Source: an uncultured Bulleidia sp. (GTDB taxonomy: Bacteria > Bacillota_I > Bacilli_A > Erysipelotrichales > Erysipelotrichaceae). From it: a DNA stretch of 64,000 bases. The stretch is from contig CAKVBD010000007.1 in the NCBI GenBank assembly GCA_934725105.1, positions 7,747 to 71,746 of the forward strand, written 5' to 3'. How positions within the stretch are numbered: the first letter of the stretch is position 1; every line of letters starts with the position of its first letter. Positions 51,782 through 62,665 of this stretch are shown here, one piece after another. The position numbers were made by a program, and so were the translations under genes. The notes under the pieces were generated by a model. It saw only the letters and a program-made list of their open reading frames with translations. It was not told the origin of the DNA and ran no database searches.

Positions 51782-54700
51782 TTATAACAATGCTAATAAA
51801 TCATCTCTAGAGAGATTAGAAGAGGAGATGCCATCACCAGAAAGGATCTTATTTGCAAGATCACTCTTTGATGCCTGTAATTCAAGAATTCTTTCTTCAA
51901 TTGTATCTTTCATGATTAATTTATAAACAGTTACGACATTTGTTTGTCCAATACGATGTGCACGATCACTTGCCTGGTTTTCAACAGCAGTATTCCACCA
52001 TGGGTCATAATGGATTACGATATCTGCAGCAGTTAAATTCAATCCTGTTCCACCAGCTTTTAAAGAAATCAAGAAGACAGGTACATCATCATTCTGGAAA
52101 GCCTCTACCATTTCAGCACGTTTTTTCTTTGATGTTTTGCCTTCCAGCTTGTAGTATGAAATTTTCTTTTCATCTAACAGCTTAGAAAGCTTATCTAACA
52201 TCGTTGTAAATTGAGAGAATAATAGAATTTTATGACCACCTTCAATTGCATTGCATACAAGATCAATTCCCATATCTGTTTTTGCTGAATTAGATGCATA
52301 TTTATCATATAGCAATCCAGGGTAGCAGCATAATTGTCTCAGCTTTGTCAGTTCCGCTAAAATCGCAAATTTATTTTCTTTGAATTCCTGATCAGATTGT
52401 TTGCCAACAAGTAATTTGATCTTTTGCACTTCAGCTTCGTATAGCTTCTTCTGTTCTCCTTCCAGCTGTGCATAGTAAACTTCTTCAAGTTTATCTGGAA
52501 GATCTTTCAACACATCTTTTTTCAGTCTACGCAACACAAATGGTGTAATCATTTGTGTGAGTTCTCTTTCCATCAGATCATCATGATCTCTTACAATTGG
52601 AGTTTCAAAGCGATCTCTAAATGTTCTGTATGAATAGAAGAAACCTGGCATGAGGTAATCAAAGATAGACCACAATTCAGATAATCTGTTTTCAATTGGT
52701 GTACCAGTTAAAGCAATCTTAAATGATGCATTGATATACTTTACTGCTTGAGAGTTCTGTGTGTTTGCATTCTTGATATATTGTGCTTCATCAATGACTT
52801 CACATGAGAACTGCATATCTTCATAACAGTCAATATCTCTTCTAAGAAGCTCATAAGACGTAATCAATACTTCATTATCACTAGATGTTTGAATCAGTTC
52901 TTTTCTTTCTTCTGGTGTACCTTGGATCATTCGATGTGGAATGGATGGCAAGAACTTATCAATTTCCTTTGACCAGTTATATACAAGAGATGCTGGACAT
53001 ACAATTAATGTTCTTTTTCTGTTTTTCCATGTACCAAGCATTGCGATGACCTGTAATGTTTTGCCAAGACCCATTTCATCGGCCAATAAGCCACCAAATC
53101 CATTGTCTCTTAAAGCACAGAGCCATTGCATGCCATGCAGCTGATATGGGCGCATTTCAGCGTTTAAATCAATTGGAGGTTCATAGTCTTCCTGATTGAC
53201 TGTATGCATCTGTTGGATCATTCTTCTAAAAGAAGTATCATAGTCTAAGTTATATGCTTTTTTATCATTGAGTGTTTCAAGATACATTGCACGGAATTTT
53301 GGAATATCGGCAGTACCTTTTTCTAGCTCTTTCTGACTTAAGGATAAAGAATCTTTGAGTGCTAATAGTTCATCAATATTGGAAGCTTCTGTATTTAAGA
53401 ATGTTCCATCTTTTAAGCGATAGAATTTCTTCTTTTTATCATATTTAGATAATATTTCCGCAATTTCTTTCATAGAAAGCGTATCACTGACAAGATCTAA
53501 GCGAAGCAGGTCGTGGTTTACAGAAACACCAACATTGACCTTTGGCATTGCTTTGATTGTAATTCTTTTTAATGCATCAGAAATGTATACCGTTGCAAGT
53601 GATTGTAAGTATGGAATTGTAGCAGTTACAAATGTATAAATGCCTTCATCATCTCCATGAAATACAAATTTATGATTCAATTCATCTAAAGAATGAAAGG
53701 AAGGTGCTACACGGTTCACCATAAGAGCTTCTTCATCCTGATCACGTTTAGATAGATCGGTATCAGTTTCTGTGTTATAAACTGCATTGTTGTAGATTGC
53801 TTTGATTTCACATGTAATTGCATCTTTTTGAGGACTATCTAAATATAGTTCAAAAGAAGGTTTTTCAATGACATAGTCATAGGGATCAAATCCATCATTT
53901 TTAACAAGAGATGTTTTTGAAATCACAGGATAAACATACTTAGAAAATTTAGGTAAATCTTCTTCAGAAATGAATTCCGGCTTTTCATTCACCATAGATA
54001 AATGACGTAAAAATGGAATGATTTCATCATTTGATTTCGAAATAAATACAGTAGAATTACGATAATCAAAGATGTAGATATGATCATTTCCTAATGCAAA
54101 AGGATACTTTGCACCTTGAAAGATGCAACCGTCTTCTTTCTTTGTCAGGGATGTATGAATTTCAGGAATTCCTTCTTCAATTCTAAATGGAAGATCATAA
54201 TTTGTGAGTGGATTAGATACAATGACATTTTGATCTTTTATCAGATCCATAAACGCATCTAAGTATCTACCACGAAGACATAAAGAACGCTTCATTGTTT
54301 GCTCCATATATCCGTAATAGCCATAATTGTAGTATTGGTTTGTATTTGATGCCATATAGGCATCATCTTTATGATATAAAGACATTAAAAACTCTATGAT
54401 GGGTTTTGACTGCATATCAAATGCATCAATCGTATGAATAAATTCCAAGGATTTTCCATAGTATTTGTTTTCATGGTTATGAATCAAAGTGCAAAAGGAA
54501 TCAATGCTTTTAATGACATAAGTACGATTATCAGGCTTGTTTAAAGTAAAAGAAACTTCTACTTGTTCATCATTTGTACAATTTAATGTAGGCGTTATAT
54601 GAACAATTGGCTGTACAGCATTCAGCGGTTTTGCATAAGTATTCAATAAGTCTTGCATGGAACGATCACTTTGTACAGAAACTGGTTCTTTTGTATATCC

Positions 54701-55033
54701 ATTTCCAATTGTGGATAATTTATCTTCATCAATATATTTCAAAAGAACAGCAGCGATGTGTTTGCATGGTTCAAAGTTATCCTCGAAGTAAGGACATGTA
54801 CAATCTTCTGTAATGATATTACCGTTTTTTCCAAGTAATACACGCACTTGATATTCATCATATCCACTTGAGCTGTTAACCCATGTTTCAATTTCCGTCA
54901 GGCCAGAAGATTCTTGATCAAATACCATGAGATCACCAACATTATTTGAATAGAAAATATTTTCTCCTCTTTCAAAAATACGGTTGTTTCCAATGTGACG
55001 TTTGATTGAAGCTTCATTGATCATAAAAAGCAC
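51782..55033 (-). CDS. SNF2-family helicase with N-terminal SWIM zinc finger
   Basis: SWIM CxC...CxH (CTCPYFEDNFEPCKH). SNF2 motifs LADEMGLGKT and DEAQYIKN. C-terminal helicase domain. 1083 aa. Confidence 0.85.
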   Translation of the reverse strand: MLFMINEASIKRHIGNNRIFERGENIFYSNNVGDLMVFDQESSGLTEIETWVNSSSGYDEYQVRVLLGKNGNIITEDCTCPYFEDNFEPCKHIAAVLLKYIDEDKLSTIGNGYTKEPVSVQSDRSMQDLLNTYAKPLNAVQPIVHITPTLNCTNDEQVEVSFTLNKPDNRTYVIKSIDSFCTLIHNHENKYYGKSLEFIHTIDAFDMQSKPIIEFLMSLYHKDDAYMASNTNQYYNYGYYGYMEQTMKRSLCLRGRYLDAFMDLIKDQNVIVSNPLTNYDLPFRIEEGIPEIHTSLTKKEDGCIFQGAKYPFALGNDHIYIFDYRNSTVFISKSNDEIIPFLRHLSMVNEKPEFISEEDLPKFSKYVYPVISKTSLVKNDGFDPYDYVIEKPSFELYLDSPQKDAITCEIKAIYNNAVYNTETDTDLSKRDQDEEALMVNRVAPSFHSLDELNHKFVFHGDDEGIYTFVTATIPYLQSLATVYISDALKRITIKAMPKVNVGVSVNHDLLRLDLVSDTLSMKEIAEILSKYDKKKKFYRLKDGTFLNTEASNIDELLALKDSLSLSQKELEKGTADIPKFRAMYLETLNDKKAYNLDYDTSFRRMIQQMHTVNQEDYEPPIDLNAEMRPYQLHGMQWLCALRDNGFGGLLADEMGLGKTLQVIAMLGTWKNRKRTLIVCPASLVYNWSKEIDKFLPSIPHRMIQGTPEERKELIQTSSDNEVLITSYELLRRDIDCYEDMQFSCEVIDEAQYIKNANTQNSQAVKYINASFKIALTGTPIENRLSELWSIFDYLMPGFFYSYRTFRDRFETPIVRDHDDLMERELTQMITPFVLRRLKKDVLKDLPDKLEEVYYAQLEGEQKKLYEAEVQKIKLLVGKQSDQEFKENKFAILAELTKLRQLCCYPGLLYDKYASNSAKTDMGIDLVCNAIEGGHKILLFSQFTTMLDKLSKLLDEKKISYYKLEGKTSKKKRAEMVEAFQNDDVPVFLISLKAGGTGLNLTAADIVIHYDPWWNTAVENQASDRAHRIGQTNVVTVYKLIMKDTIEERILELQASKSDLANKILSGDGISSSNLSRDDLLALL

Positions 55034-55111
55034 CTCCTGAAGTATCTAACCATTTTACCATGAAAATAAGTTACACAGATATTGTTTGTGTATTTTTGAT
55101 AGAATAGATAC

Positions 55112-55932
55112 ATGGAAAAATATAAAAAACCATTAACTTGTTCTGAGCAAGTTGATTATTTAAAAATGAATAAACGAGTAATATATGTAGATACTTCAGA
55201 AGATGAGGCAAAAGAATTTTTATATACTCATAATTACATTAATACAATAAGTCCATTCAAACAATTTTTTTGTGAAATGAATGAAAAACATTTACCAAAG
55301 AAAGATCAAAATGGAAATCATGTGTATGCTAGAAATGTTGATTTTTCTGAATATATTGAGAAGTATAAAGATGAACGTTCGCAGTATTCAAATTTATATG
55401 CATCTATCTCAATGTTTGAAAGTACATTTAATGCAATATTATCAAGTGAAGTTAGTAGATTTTATGAATTACAAAACAAGCAAAATATAGAATTGCTTAT
55501 ATTAAATCTTTCTGAAAATATAATACATTCAGAAGTTTTATCTTTTAATAAGAAACAACACATGTTAAAAACAATTGGACATTTTTGTCATGAAATAGAG
55601 AAATATAATAGTGTTTTTATATTTTTAGATCGCTTATCTTTGTCAGAATTATCAACAATTTATCTATCATGTGATAAAAAAGTTGGATTGTATATTTTTT
55701 CGGAAATGCAAAAAAGAGAGCTTACACTTGGATACAAAAAAAGAAAGATTTTGATGAATCATTAAATCGATTAATTCAAATTAGAAATTGTATTATGCAC
55801 AGTAATAGTTTAACAATTCTTTTGGAATATTATAACGTAAAAGAAAAATCGTTCCGTAAAAGTTCAGATAGAAAAGCATATCAAAAAATTGTTAAAGAAT
55901 TATTAAAGCTAAAAAAGGATAATTATTTCTGA
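55112..55932 (+). pseudogene. Abi_2 (AbiD/AbiF-like) abortive-infection protein gene, frameshifted
   Basis: N-terminus KPLTCSEQVDYLK...YINTISPF fits the Abi_2 family. The ORF ends at 55765. The family C-terminus (IRNCIMHSNSL, an HxxR-like motif) continues in another frame to 55932. The switch is at the A7 tract 55734-55740. Confidence 0.55.
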
Positions 55933-55940
55933 TAACGGGA

Positions 55941-55966
55941 AAAGCCACCAAAATGGTGGCTTTTTA
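55941..55966 (+). terminator. intrinsic terminator
   Basis: GCCACCA / TGGTGGC stem plus T5. Confidence 0.65.
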
Positions 55967-56111
55967 CCTACCCTTATAGGGCTATCTGCAAAATATTTAT
56001 AACATGATTCTAAAATATAATCAAGATAGTTGATTTGAGTGAAATTGTATAAAGTGGTAGATTAAATGCAAAATAACAGTATTCTTTACATATTTTTGAT
56101 AAAATAATTAC

Positions 56112-56699
56112 ATGGATAAAACATTAATGGAAATACATGATGAGGCAAGGAAAAAACATGTTCCTATTATGCTAGATGATGGGATGGCTTTTCTTTTAAA
56201 GTTTATTCATGAACATGAAAATATACGAGATATTCTAGAAGTTGGCACAGCTGTTGGCTTTTCAGCCATCAACATGGCTAAAATACGTTGGGATAATACA
56301 ATTGATACCTTGGAAATTAACCCTAAGATGTATGAAAAAGCCATTCAAAATATTAAAAATGAAAAATTAGATGATAGAATACATGTGCATTTAATTGATG
56401 GTGCTGCATTTGAAACAAATAAAATCTATGATTTGATTTTTATAGATGCGGCAAAATCACAATATCGAAGGTACTTAGAACACTTTATGAAAAATAGTAG
56501 AGCAGGTACTATTTTTATTTTTGATAATTTGAATTTTCATGGAATTGTGGACAATGAAGAACTATCAACAAATCGAAGTACGATTCAAATGGTTCATAAA
56601 ATCAAGAAATTCAGAGAACATCTTTTAAATGATGATCGTTTTACGACTACATTTTATGATGTAGGGGATGGTATTGCGGTAAGTGTAAGGAAAATATAA
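56112..56699 (+). CDS. class I SAM-dependent O-methyltransferase (family 3, YrrM-like)
   Basis: ILEVGTAVGFSA SAM motif I, IFIDAAK, IFIFDNL motifs. Confidence 0.75.
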   Translation: MDKTLMEIHDEARKKHVPIMLDDGMAFLLKFIHEHENIRDILEVGTAVGFSAINMAKIRWDNTIDTLEINPKMYEKAIQNIKNEKLDDRIHVHLIDGAAFETNKIYDLIFIDAAKSQYRRYLEHFMKNSRAGTIFIFDNLNFHGIVDNEELSTNRSTIQMVHKIKKFREHLLNDDRFTTTFYDVGDGIAVSVRKI

Positions 56700-56720
56700 A
56701 AAAATGGAGGGGAAAATAGA

Positions 56721-58073
56721 ATGAAAAGTAATTCAATGGTAAAAGATCTGACAAATGGTTCTGTACCAAAGCTTTTATTTGCTTTTGCGGCACCGTTGTT
56801 TGTATCAAATGCATTACAGGCAATCTATAACATCGTTGATATGATTGTTGTAGGACAGGTGATTGGTGGATCTGGTATGTCTGCGGTAAGTACAGGAGGA
56901 AATATTCTTCACTTACTGACATTCGTTGCGATGGGTTTTTCAGGTGCTGGACAAGTTATTATTGCACGTGAAGTTGGTATGCAGGATCATGATGGAATCA
57001 AGAAAACAATTGGAACGTTATTCACCTTGTTATTTTCAATCGCATTGCTGATTTCTGTTGGATGTTATATCTTTAGAGATAACTTATTACAGCTGGTAAA
57101 TACGCCACAAGAAGCATATGCATATACAATGGACTATACAGTTATCTGTATTTTTGGCTTGATATTCATTTATGGATACAATGTCGTTTCTGCCATTATG
57201 CGTGGAATGGGTGATTCTAAAAGGCCATTTATGTTTGTAGCAATTGCGGCAATTATTAACATTGTATTAGATATCGTATTTGTTGCGGGATTCAAGATGG
57301 AAGTTGCAGGTGCAGCATGGGCAACGGTCATTGGACAATCCTTTAGCTTTATCTTTTCCTTTGCATATCTGTATCGAAGAAAAGAAGAATTTGGATTTGA
57401 CTTTAAATTAAAGAGTTTTATTCCAGATGGAAATGCAATGGCAAAGATTTCAGCATTAGGTATTCCAATGGCATTACAGTCAGCTTCAATTTCTATTTCA
57501 CAAACAGTTGTAGCGGCATGGGTCAACTCCTTTGGACTAATCTACAGTGCAATCGCGGGTATTATCAGTAAGCTGAATATGATGATGGGTATTATGTCCA
57601 ACTCAATTACAACAGCTGCAGCAAGTATGATTGGTCAAAACTTAGGTGCGAGAAAGTATGATCGTATTCCTAAGATTCTTGCATGGGCATTTGGTGGTTC
57701 ATTAGCATTAGCAATCATTGGAAGCTTTGTGATCAAATATGATCCAGACATGATCTTTGGGATGTTTACTTCTGATGAAGCTGTATTAGCGGAAGCAACA
57801 GTTATCATTCTTCCAGCAATCTTGAACTTCTTTGGTGCTGCAACGCGTTGCTTTGCGTTTGGTATCATTAATGGTTCAGGAAACTCTAAATTAAACCTGT
57901 GTGTTGCGATATTAGATGGTATGATTGCACGTGTTGGCTTAGCTTATCTTCTAGGATGGGCGCTAGGTATGGGACCAAAAGGATTCTGGCTTGGAGATGC
58001 TTTTGCGGGATTTATGCCACTTGTGATTGGCGGTGTCTTTTATCTCACTGGTTTCTGGAAAAAAGAAGACTGA
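56721..58073 (+). CDS. MATE family efflux transporter
   Basis: 12-TM MATE topology, 450 aa. Confidence 0.8.
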   Translation: MKSNSMVKDLTNGSVPKLLFAFAAPLFVSNALQAIYNIVDMIVVGQVIGGSGMSAVSTGGNILHLLTFVAMGFSGAGQVIIAREVGMQDHDGIKKTIGTLFTLLFSIALLISVGCYIFRDNLLQLVNTPQEAYAYTMDYTVICIFGLIFIYGYNVVSAIMRGMGDSKRPFMFVAIAAIINIVLDIVFVAGFKMEVAGAAWATVIGQSFSFIFSFAYLYRRKEEFGFDFKLKSFIPDGNAMAKISALGIPMALQSASISISQTVVAAWVNSFGLIYSAIAGIISKLNMMMGIMSNSITTAAASMIGQNLGARKYDRIPKILAWAFGGSLALAIIGSFVIKYDPDMIFGMFTSDEAVLAEATVIILPAILNFFGAATRCFAFGIINGSGNSKLNLCVAILDGMIARVGLAYLLGWALGMGPKGFWLGDAFAGFMPLVIGGVFYLTGFWKKED

Positions 58074-58125
58074 AAATAAAACTCAGACTTGGATGAGAAG
58101 CAAATCATCTTTATCTGAGCTTTTT

Positions 58126-58893
58126 TTATCTTTTCTTGTAAAGAACAAGTTCTGGATTGATTCCATCTTTTTCATATGTACAGATGAGTAAGAAATCCAT
58201 GCTTGCAAGAATACCAAAACATCGTTCTCCACCAAATTCAGATTCCAATTGATTGCCTAGATATGTTGTGTAATCATTAAGAAATTGGACAGTTTTTCCA
58301 TTTGGAAGTGGATACGCAAGATTGACATATTTTCCAACCAAAGCATTTAATTTCTTTGCTTCAGGCAATCCTTCAATATGAAGAACATTGATTTCCTGTA
58401 TGAGTTGCTGCTTAAATGCTTCAAATTGTCCATCATCACTGAGTTCTTCATATCGTTTCCAGTAATCTAGCTGTGGAAGAATTTTTTCCATATAAGAGCG
58501 TGCCTGTTCTTCAGTGCATTGATCACTGATCATGTTTTTTACACAAACATCAATGAGATCATTCATGTTGTGGTATGTGTATGTTCCATCTGCATAGCAC
58601 CATTTGCAGTATTCTTCATTGAGTGATCCATCGTTTTCATGGCTTATGATGGAATCATCTGTAAGCGGCATACCACAACATTGACAAATCAGTTTTCTTG
58701 GTGAACCTAAAAGCGTATTGATGGAAACGTTGAATTCTTTTGAAAGAAGTTTGAGAGTTTCAGTATTTGGAATTGTTTCTCCATTTTCTCATCGAGATAC
58801 AGCTTGTCTAGTTACCATGACTTTTTTAGCAAGCTCATCTTGTGATAATTTATTTTTTGTACGTAATTCTAAAATGATATCTTTTGTTTCCAT
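58126..58893 (-). pseudogene. XRE-HTH / zinc-ribbon regulator with in-frame TGA (TGG to TGA)
   Basis: Reverse-strand translation from the ATG at 58893 gives METKDIILELRTKNKLSQDELAKKVMVTRQAVSR*ENGETIPNTETLKLLSKEFNVSINTLLG. The stop at 58789-58791 replaces the invariant W of the SRWE HTH_3 motif. Downstream in-frame CQCCGMP zinc-ribbon and a roughly 170-aa domain. Confidence 0.6.
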
Positions 58894-58965
58894 TTTTGAT
58901 TTCCTCCGCTAACTATAAATTATCAAAGAAAAGAAAATGGGTAAAGCAACGCGTTGTTACCCTAC

Positions 58966-58998
58966 AAAAAAAAGCCACTTCATTTGAAGTGACTTTCA
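58966..58998 (-). terminator. intrinsic terminator of the symporter gene
   Basis: AAAGTCACTTCA / TGAAGTGGCTTT stem plus T8 on the minus strand. Confidence 0.65.
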
Positions 58999-59006
58999 TA
59001 GATCAA

Positions 59007-60350
59007 TTACTTGCTTACTGTATTGAATACTTCTTCGTTGAGAGAGTTTTCACTCTTGCAGACAACCATTGCACAGGCAGTATCACCTGTAACGTTTAAT
59101 GCGGTAACGAGCATTTCAATTGGACGGTTGATTGCGAGAATCAATGCATATACAGATAATGCGATAGGATTTGTGAATCCAACACCAGATAAGATTGTGA
59201 ATAGAATGATTGCACCTGCACCTGGAGCAGCTGGTGTACCAACAGAAGCAATAACAGCTAATAGACCAATTAAGATCAACTGTGGAAGATGTACTGTGTA
59301 TCCAGCAACACCTGCGATAAAGATTGTAGCGACAACCTGCATTAATGCAGTACCATCCATGTTGATTGTCATACCAAGTGGTAATATGAAGGATGCGATT
59401 TCTTCGGATACACCTAATTCTTTTTCTGCAGTTTCAATATTCATTGGAAGAGTAGCTGCACTTGAAGATGTTGAAAAACCAAACAATGCAACCTTAGCAA
59501 TCTTCTTTGCGAAGACTGTAGGGGATAACTTTGTTGTAACGGATACGAACAATGGATAGAAGATAAATAAGAATGCGAGTAGTAATACTGTTGTTAATAC
59601 AATATAGCTAAGTGCTGGTTTTAAATAAGACACACCATACGCTGCACATGTTCTTGTTAATAAGCAGAAGATTGCGACTGGAGCGAATGTATTAACGATC
59701 CAGGATAAGATGACAGTAACAAGTTCGGAGATTTGTTCACAAAGAGCTGTGATCTGTTTGAACTTTTCTTTATTTGTATTAACGCCAAGACCAACAGCAA
59801 CAGCACAAACAACAATTGCCAATACACCACCGTTATTACTTAGTGCAGAAACAAAGTTGTTAGGAACTGCATTGACGATGAATAGTAATGGGTTTGAACC
59901 GCTCTTGCCAGTTGCAGCTTCAAGGTTAGTTTCAACAGCCTGGAAAAGGCCAGCGTTATAAGCAATCATTCCACAAGCAGCGGCAACTAAGATTGCGATA
60001 ACTGTTGTTAATAAAAAATAGCCAATTGTTTTACTAGCAATTCTACCAAGTTTCTTCGCATCAGATATTCTAATCATTGCAATAACAATAGATGTGAATA
60101 CCATTGGAATGATGATAACTTGCATTGAATTAACAAACAATTGACCAACAATATAAAATAAACCAATAGCTTTTTCGTTTCCTTCAGCGGTAATGTCAGC
60201 AAACAATAAATTGTTAATCACTGACCATGTCGCTTCTTGACCGTTTTCTGTGAGATTAACCCTTAAAAAAATAGCCCCAATACCAACAACTATGCCAAGT
60301 ATCAGTGCAATAACCATTTTTTTAGCTAATGACATTTTTGAATTTTTCAT
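59007..60350 (-). CDS. dicarboxylate/amino acid:cation symporter (DAACS family)
   Basis: Gltp-like topology and motifs, 447 aa. RBS GGAGGAA. Confidence 0.8.
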   Translation of the reverse strand: MKNSKMSLAKKMVIALILGIVVGIGAIFLRVNLTENGQEATWSVINNLLFADITAEGNEKAIGLFYIVGQLFVNSMQVIIIPMVFTSIVIAMIRISDAKKLGRIASKTIGYFLLTTVIAILVAAACGMIAYNAGLFQAVETNLEAATGKSGSNPLLFIVNAVPNNFVSALSNNGGVLAIVVCAVAVGLGVNTNKEKFKQITALCEQISELVTVILSWIVNTFAPVAIFCLLTRTCAAYGVSYLKPALSYIVLTTVLLLAFLFIFYPLFVSVTTKLSPTVFAKKIAKVALFGFSTSSSAATLPMNIETAEKELGVSEEIASFILPLGMTINMDGTALMQVVATIFIAGVAGYTVHLPQLILIGLLAVIASVGTPAAPGAGAIILFTILSGVGFTNPIALSVYALILAINRPIEMLVTALNVTGDTACAMVVCKSENSLNEEVFNTVSK

Positions 60351-60470
60351 AGTTCCTCCTAAAATTGCCTGAACTATGATATCAAATAAAATAGATTTGT
60401 CTATATGTTTTTATGAAAATAAGTGAAAGTTGTGAGAAAAGTGTTGTTGTGAATGAAAAATTATACTTTT

Positions 60471-60499
60471 CAAAACAAAAAGCAAGCCGAAGCTTGCTT
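60471..60499 (-). terminator. intrinsic terminator
   Basis: GCAAGC-TTCG-GCTTGC stem plus T-run on the minus strand. Confidence 0.65.
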
Positions 60500-60503
60500 C
60501 ATA

Positions 60504-61901
60504 TTACTCAACATTTGAAATGTGTGGAAGTACATCCTTTGGAATTAAACACTTATAGGAATCATCCTGTAATCTTGTTTTCAATTCAGCCTTTGCTTTT
60601 TCAATGAGTTCAGGATTTTGATACAGTGTTTTTGCGGCATCAAACAGTACATCACCAGCAAGCATGCATCCTTTGTATGCAATACTGCTCTTGCCTTGTG
60701 CTACCCATTGCCAGCTATGTGCACCTGCACCAATGGAATAACATGCTGTATTGATTTGTGCAGTTGGAACACACCAGGAAACATCACCTACATCTGTAGA
60801 TCCCATTTCACAAACATCAGAGTGATTTGTTTCAATGAAGTAATCATTGATAGGTCTTTCTTTGATATTTTGAATGACTGCCTGTGAATCTTTTGCAAAC
60901 TGTGGAATATCACTGAGTACATTCTTGATATCAAATGTATCTTTAAAAGACTGCGCGTAAGCCAGTTCTTCTTCTGTATAGTCATTCTTGTAAATTTTTC
61001 TAAAAGAATCTGCCAGTACATTTTCTAATACGAAGTTTGGTACAGTATTGCTTAATCCTTCGTCAAAGATGACATCTACAGTTGTACCTGTCATTAAAGC
61101 AGCACCTTTCGCACAGTTAATCACTCTTTGATACAATTCTTCACAGACTGGATTTGTTGCACTTCTAACAAAGTATTTCAATACTGCTTCCGACTGTACA
61201 ACATTTGGTGCTTTTCCACCAGCATTTGTATATGCATAGTGAACACGGTCGCTAGGAAGCATATGTTCTCTTAAATAGTTCACACCAACATTCATGAGTT
61301 CACACGCATCCAGCGCACTTCTTCCAAGATGAGGAGCACCTGCAGCGTGTGCAGATACACCATGGAACTTAAAGAAGCATGAAATACATGATTGAGAGGA
61401 ACCTGTAGAAACTTGATTGTAGTTATCTGGGTGCCATGTTAATGCAATATCACAATCATTGAAATATCCATCTCTAGCGAGATATGCTTTGCCAGAACCA
61501 CTTTCTTCAGCAGGACAGCCAACAAGTTTTACAGTTCCTGGAAGGTTGTTTTCCTGCAGATAATTCTTGAATTCTACCGCTGCGCGAATGGAGCCTGTTC
61601 CAAGCAGATGATGACCGCAGCCGTGTCCAGTAGCATTTGGACTTGTGATTGGATCATAATGCGTTACATCTGCTTTCTGGTTCATGCCAAATAATGCATC
61701 ATATTCTGCCAGAAAACAAATCACAGGATGACCACTTCCATAGACTGCTTCATATGCTGTTTCCATATGTGCGATATTTCTTGTTACAGTAAAACCTTCA
61801 TTTTCAAGAAATTTACACATTGCTTCACTAGACTTGTATTCTTCAAAGCCAGTTTCAGCATAACCCCAAATTTCACTTAATAATGCCTTATAATCTACCA
61901 T
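60504..61901 (-). CDS. M20-family amidohydrolase (AbgB-like)
   Basis: M20D fold. GHGCGHH metal-binding motif. 465 aa. Confidence 0.75.
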   Translation of the reverse strand: MVDYKALLSEIWGYAETGFEEYKSSEAMCKFLENEGFTVTRNIAHMETAYEAVYGSGHPVICFLAEYDALFGMNQKADVTHYDPITSPNATGHGCGHHLLGTGSIRAAVEFKNYLQENNLPGTVKLVGCPAEESGSGKAYLARDGYFNDCDIALTWHPDNYNQVSTGSSQSCISCFFKFHGVSAHAAGAPHLGRSALDACELMNVGVNYLREHMLPSDRVHYAYTNAGGKAPNVVQSEAVLKYFVRSATNPVCEELYQRVINCAKGAALMTGTTVDVIFDEGLSNTVPNFVLENVLADSFRKIYKNDYTEEELAYAQSFKDTFDIKNVLSDIPQFAKDSQAVIQNIKERPINDYFIETNHSDVCEMGSTDVGDVSWCVPTAQINTACYSIGAGAHSWQWVAQGKSSIAYKGCMLAGDVLFDAAKTLYQNPELIEKAKAELKTRLQDDSYKCLIPKDVLPHISNVE

Positions 61902-61913
61902 TTTCTTTTTCTC

Positions 61914-62651
61914 CTAGTTTTCTAAATATCTCTTTAAAAAATCTCTTGTTCTTTCATTCTTTGGATGTGTGAAGATTTCTTGCGGTGTTCCTTCTTCTAG
62001 AATAATTCCTTTATCCATGAATACAACACGGTTGCTGACTTCTTTTGCAAATGTCATTTCATGCGTGACAACGACCATTGTCATGCCTTCTTCTGCCAGT
62101 TGCTTCATAACATCAAGTACTTCTCCAACGATTTCTGGATCAAGTGCAGATGTTGGCTCATCAAATAACATGATTTTTGGATTCATGCATAATGCTCTTG
62201 CGATTGCAACTCTTTGCTTTTGTCCACCGGAGAGTGTTTTTGTGGATGCATGAATAAATTCTTTCATACCAACCTGAATCAATCGCTGTTTTGCAACTTC
62301 TTCTGCTTCTTGCCTGCTGATGTGTTTGATCATCATAGGTGCAAGTGTGCAGTTATCCAATACATTCATATTAGGGAATAAATTGAAAGATTGGAAGACC
62401 ATACCGATATCCTGACGTAATTGATTGATGTTCGTAGATAAATCTGTTAAATCGGAATTTTCAAAATAGATATGTCCAGAATCTGGTTCTTCTAGTAAAT
62501 TGATACAGCGAAGCATTGTACTTTTTCCACTTCCAGAAGCCCCAATCACAGTAACAACTTCACCCTGATGAACTGTTAAATTAATATCTGTTAATACACG
62601 TAAAGTACCAAATGACTTTTGTAGACTTTCTAGTTTTAGTATTTCATTCAT
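61914..62651 (-). CDS. amino acid ABC transporter ATP-binding protein
   Basis: GASGSGKST Walker [27 protein letters not shown]. 245 aa. Confidence 0.9.
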   Translation of the reverse strand: MNEILKLESLQKSFGTLRVLTDINLTVHQGEVVTVIGASGSGKSTMLRCINLLEEPDSGHIYFENSDLTDLSTNINQLRQDIGMVFQSFNLFPNMNVLDNCTLAPMMIKHISRQEAEEVAKQRLIQVGMKEFIHASTKTLSGGQKQRVAIARALCMNPKIMLFDEPTSALDPEIVGEVLDVMKQLAEEGMTMVVVTHEMTFAKEVSNRVVFMDKGIILEEGTPQEIFTHPKNERTRDFLKRYLEN

Positions 62652-62665
62652 AGTGCGTTGCTCCT

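Noticed and set aside
58718-58912. 64-aa plus-strand ORF
   Set aside because: Antisense of the XRE-Zn-ribbon pseudogene N-terminus. The reverse frame encodes a textbook HTH_3.
59011-59559. 182-aa plus-strand ORF
   Set aside because: Antisense of the DAACS symporter gene, and the symporter frame has a clear family match and RBS.
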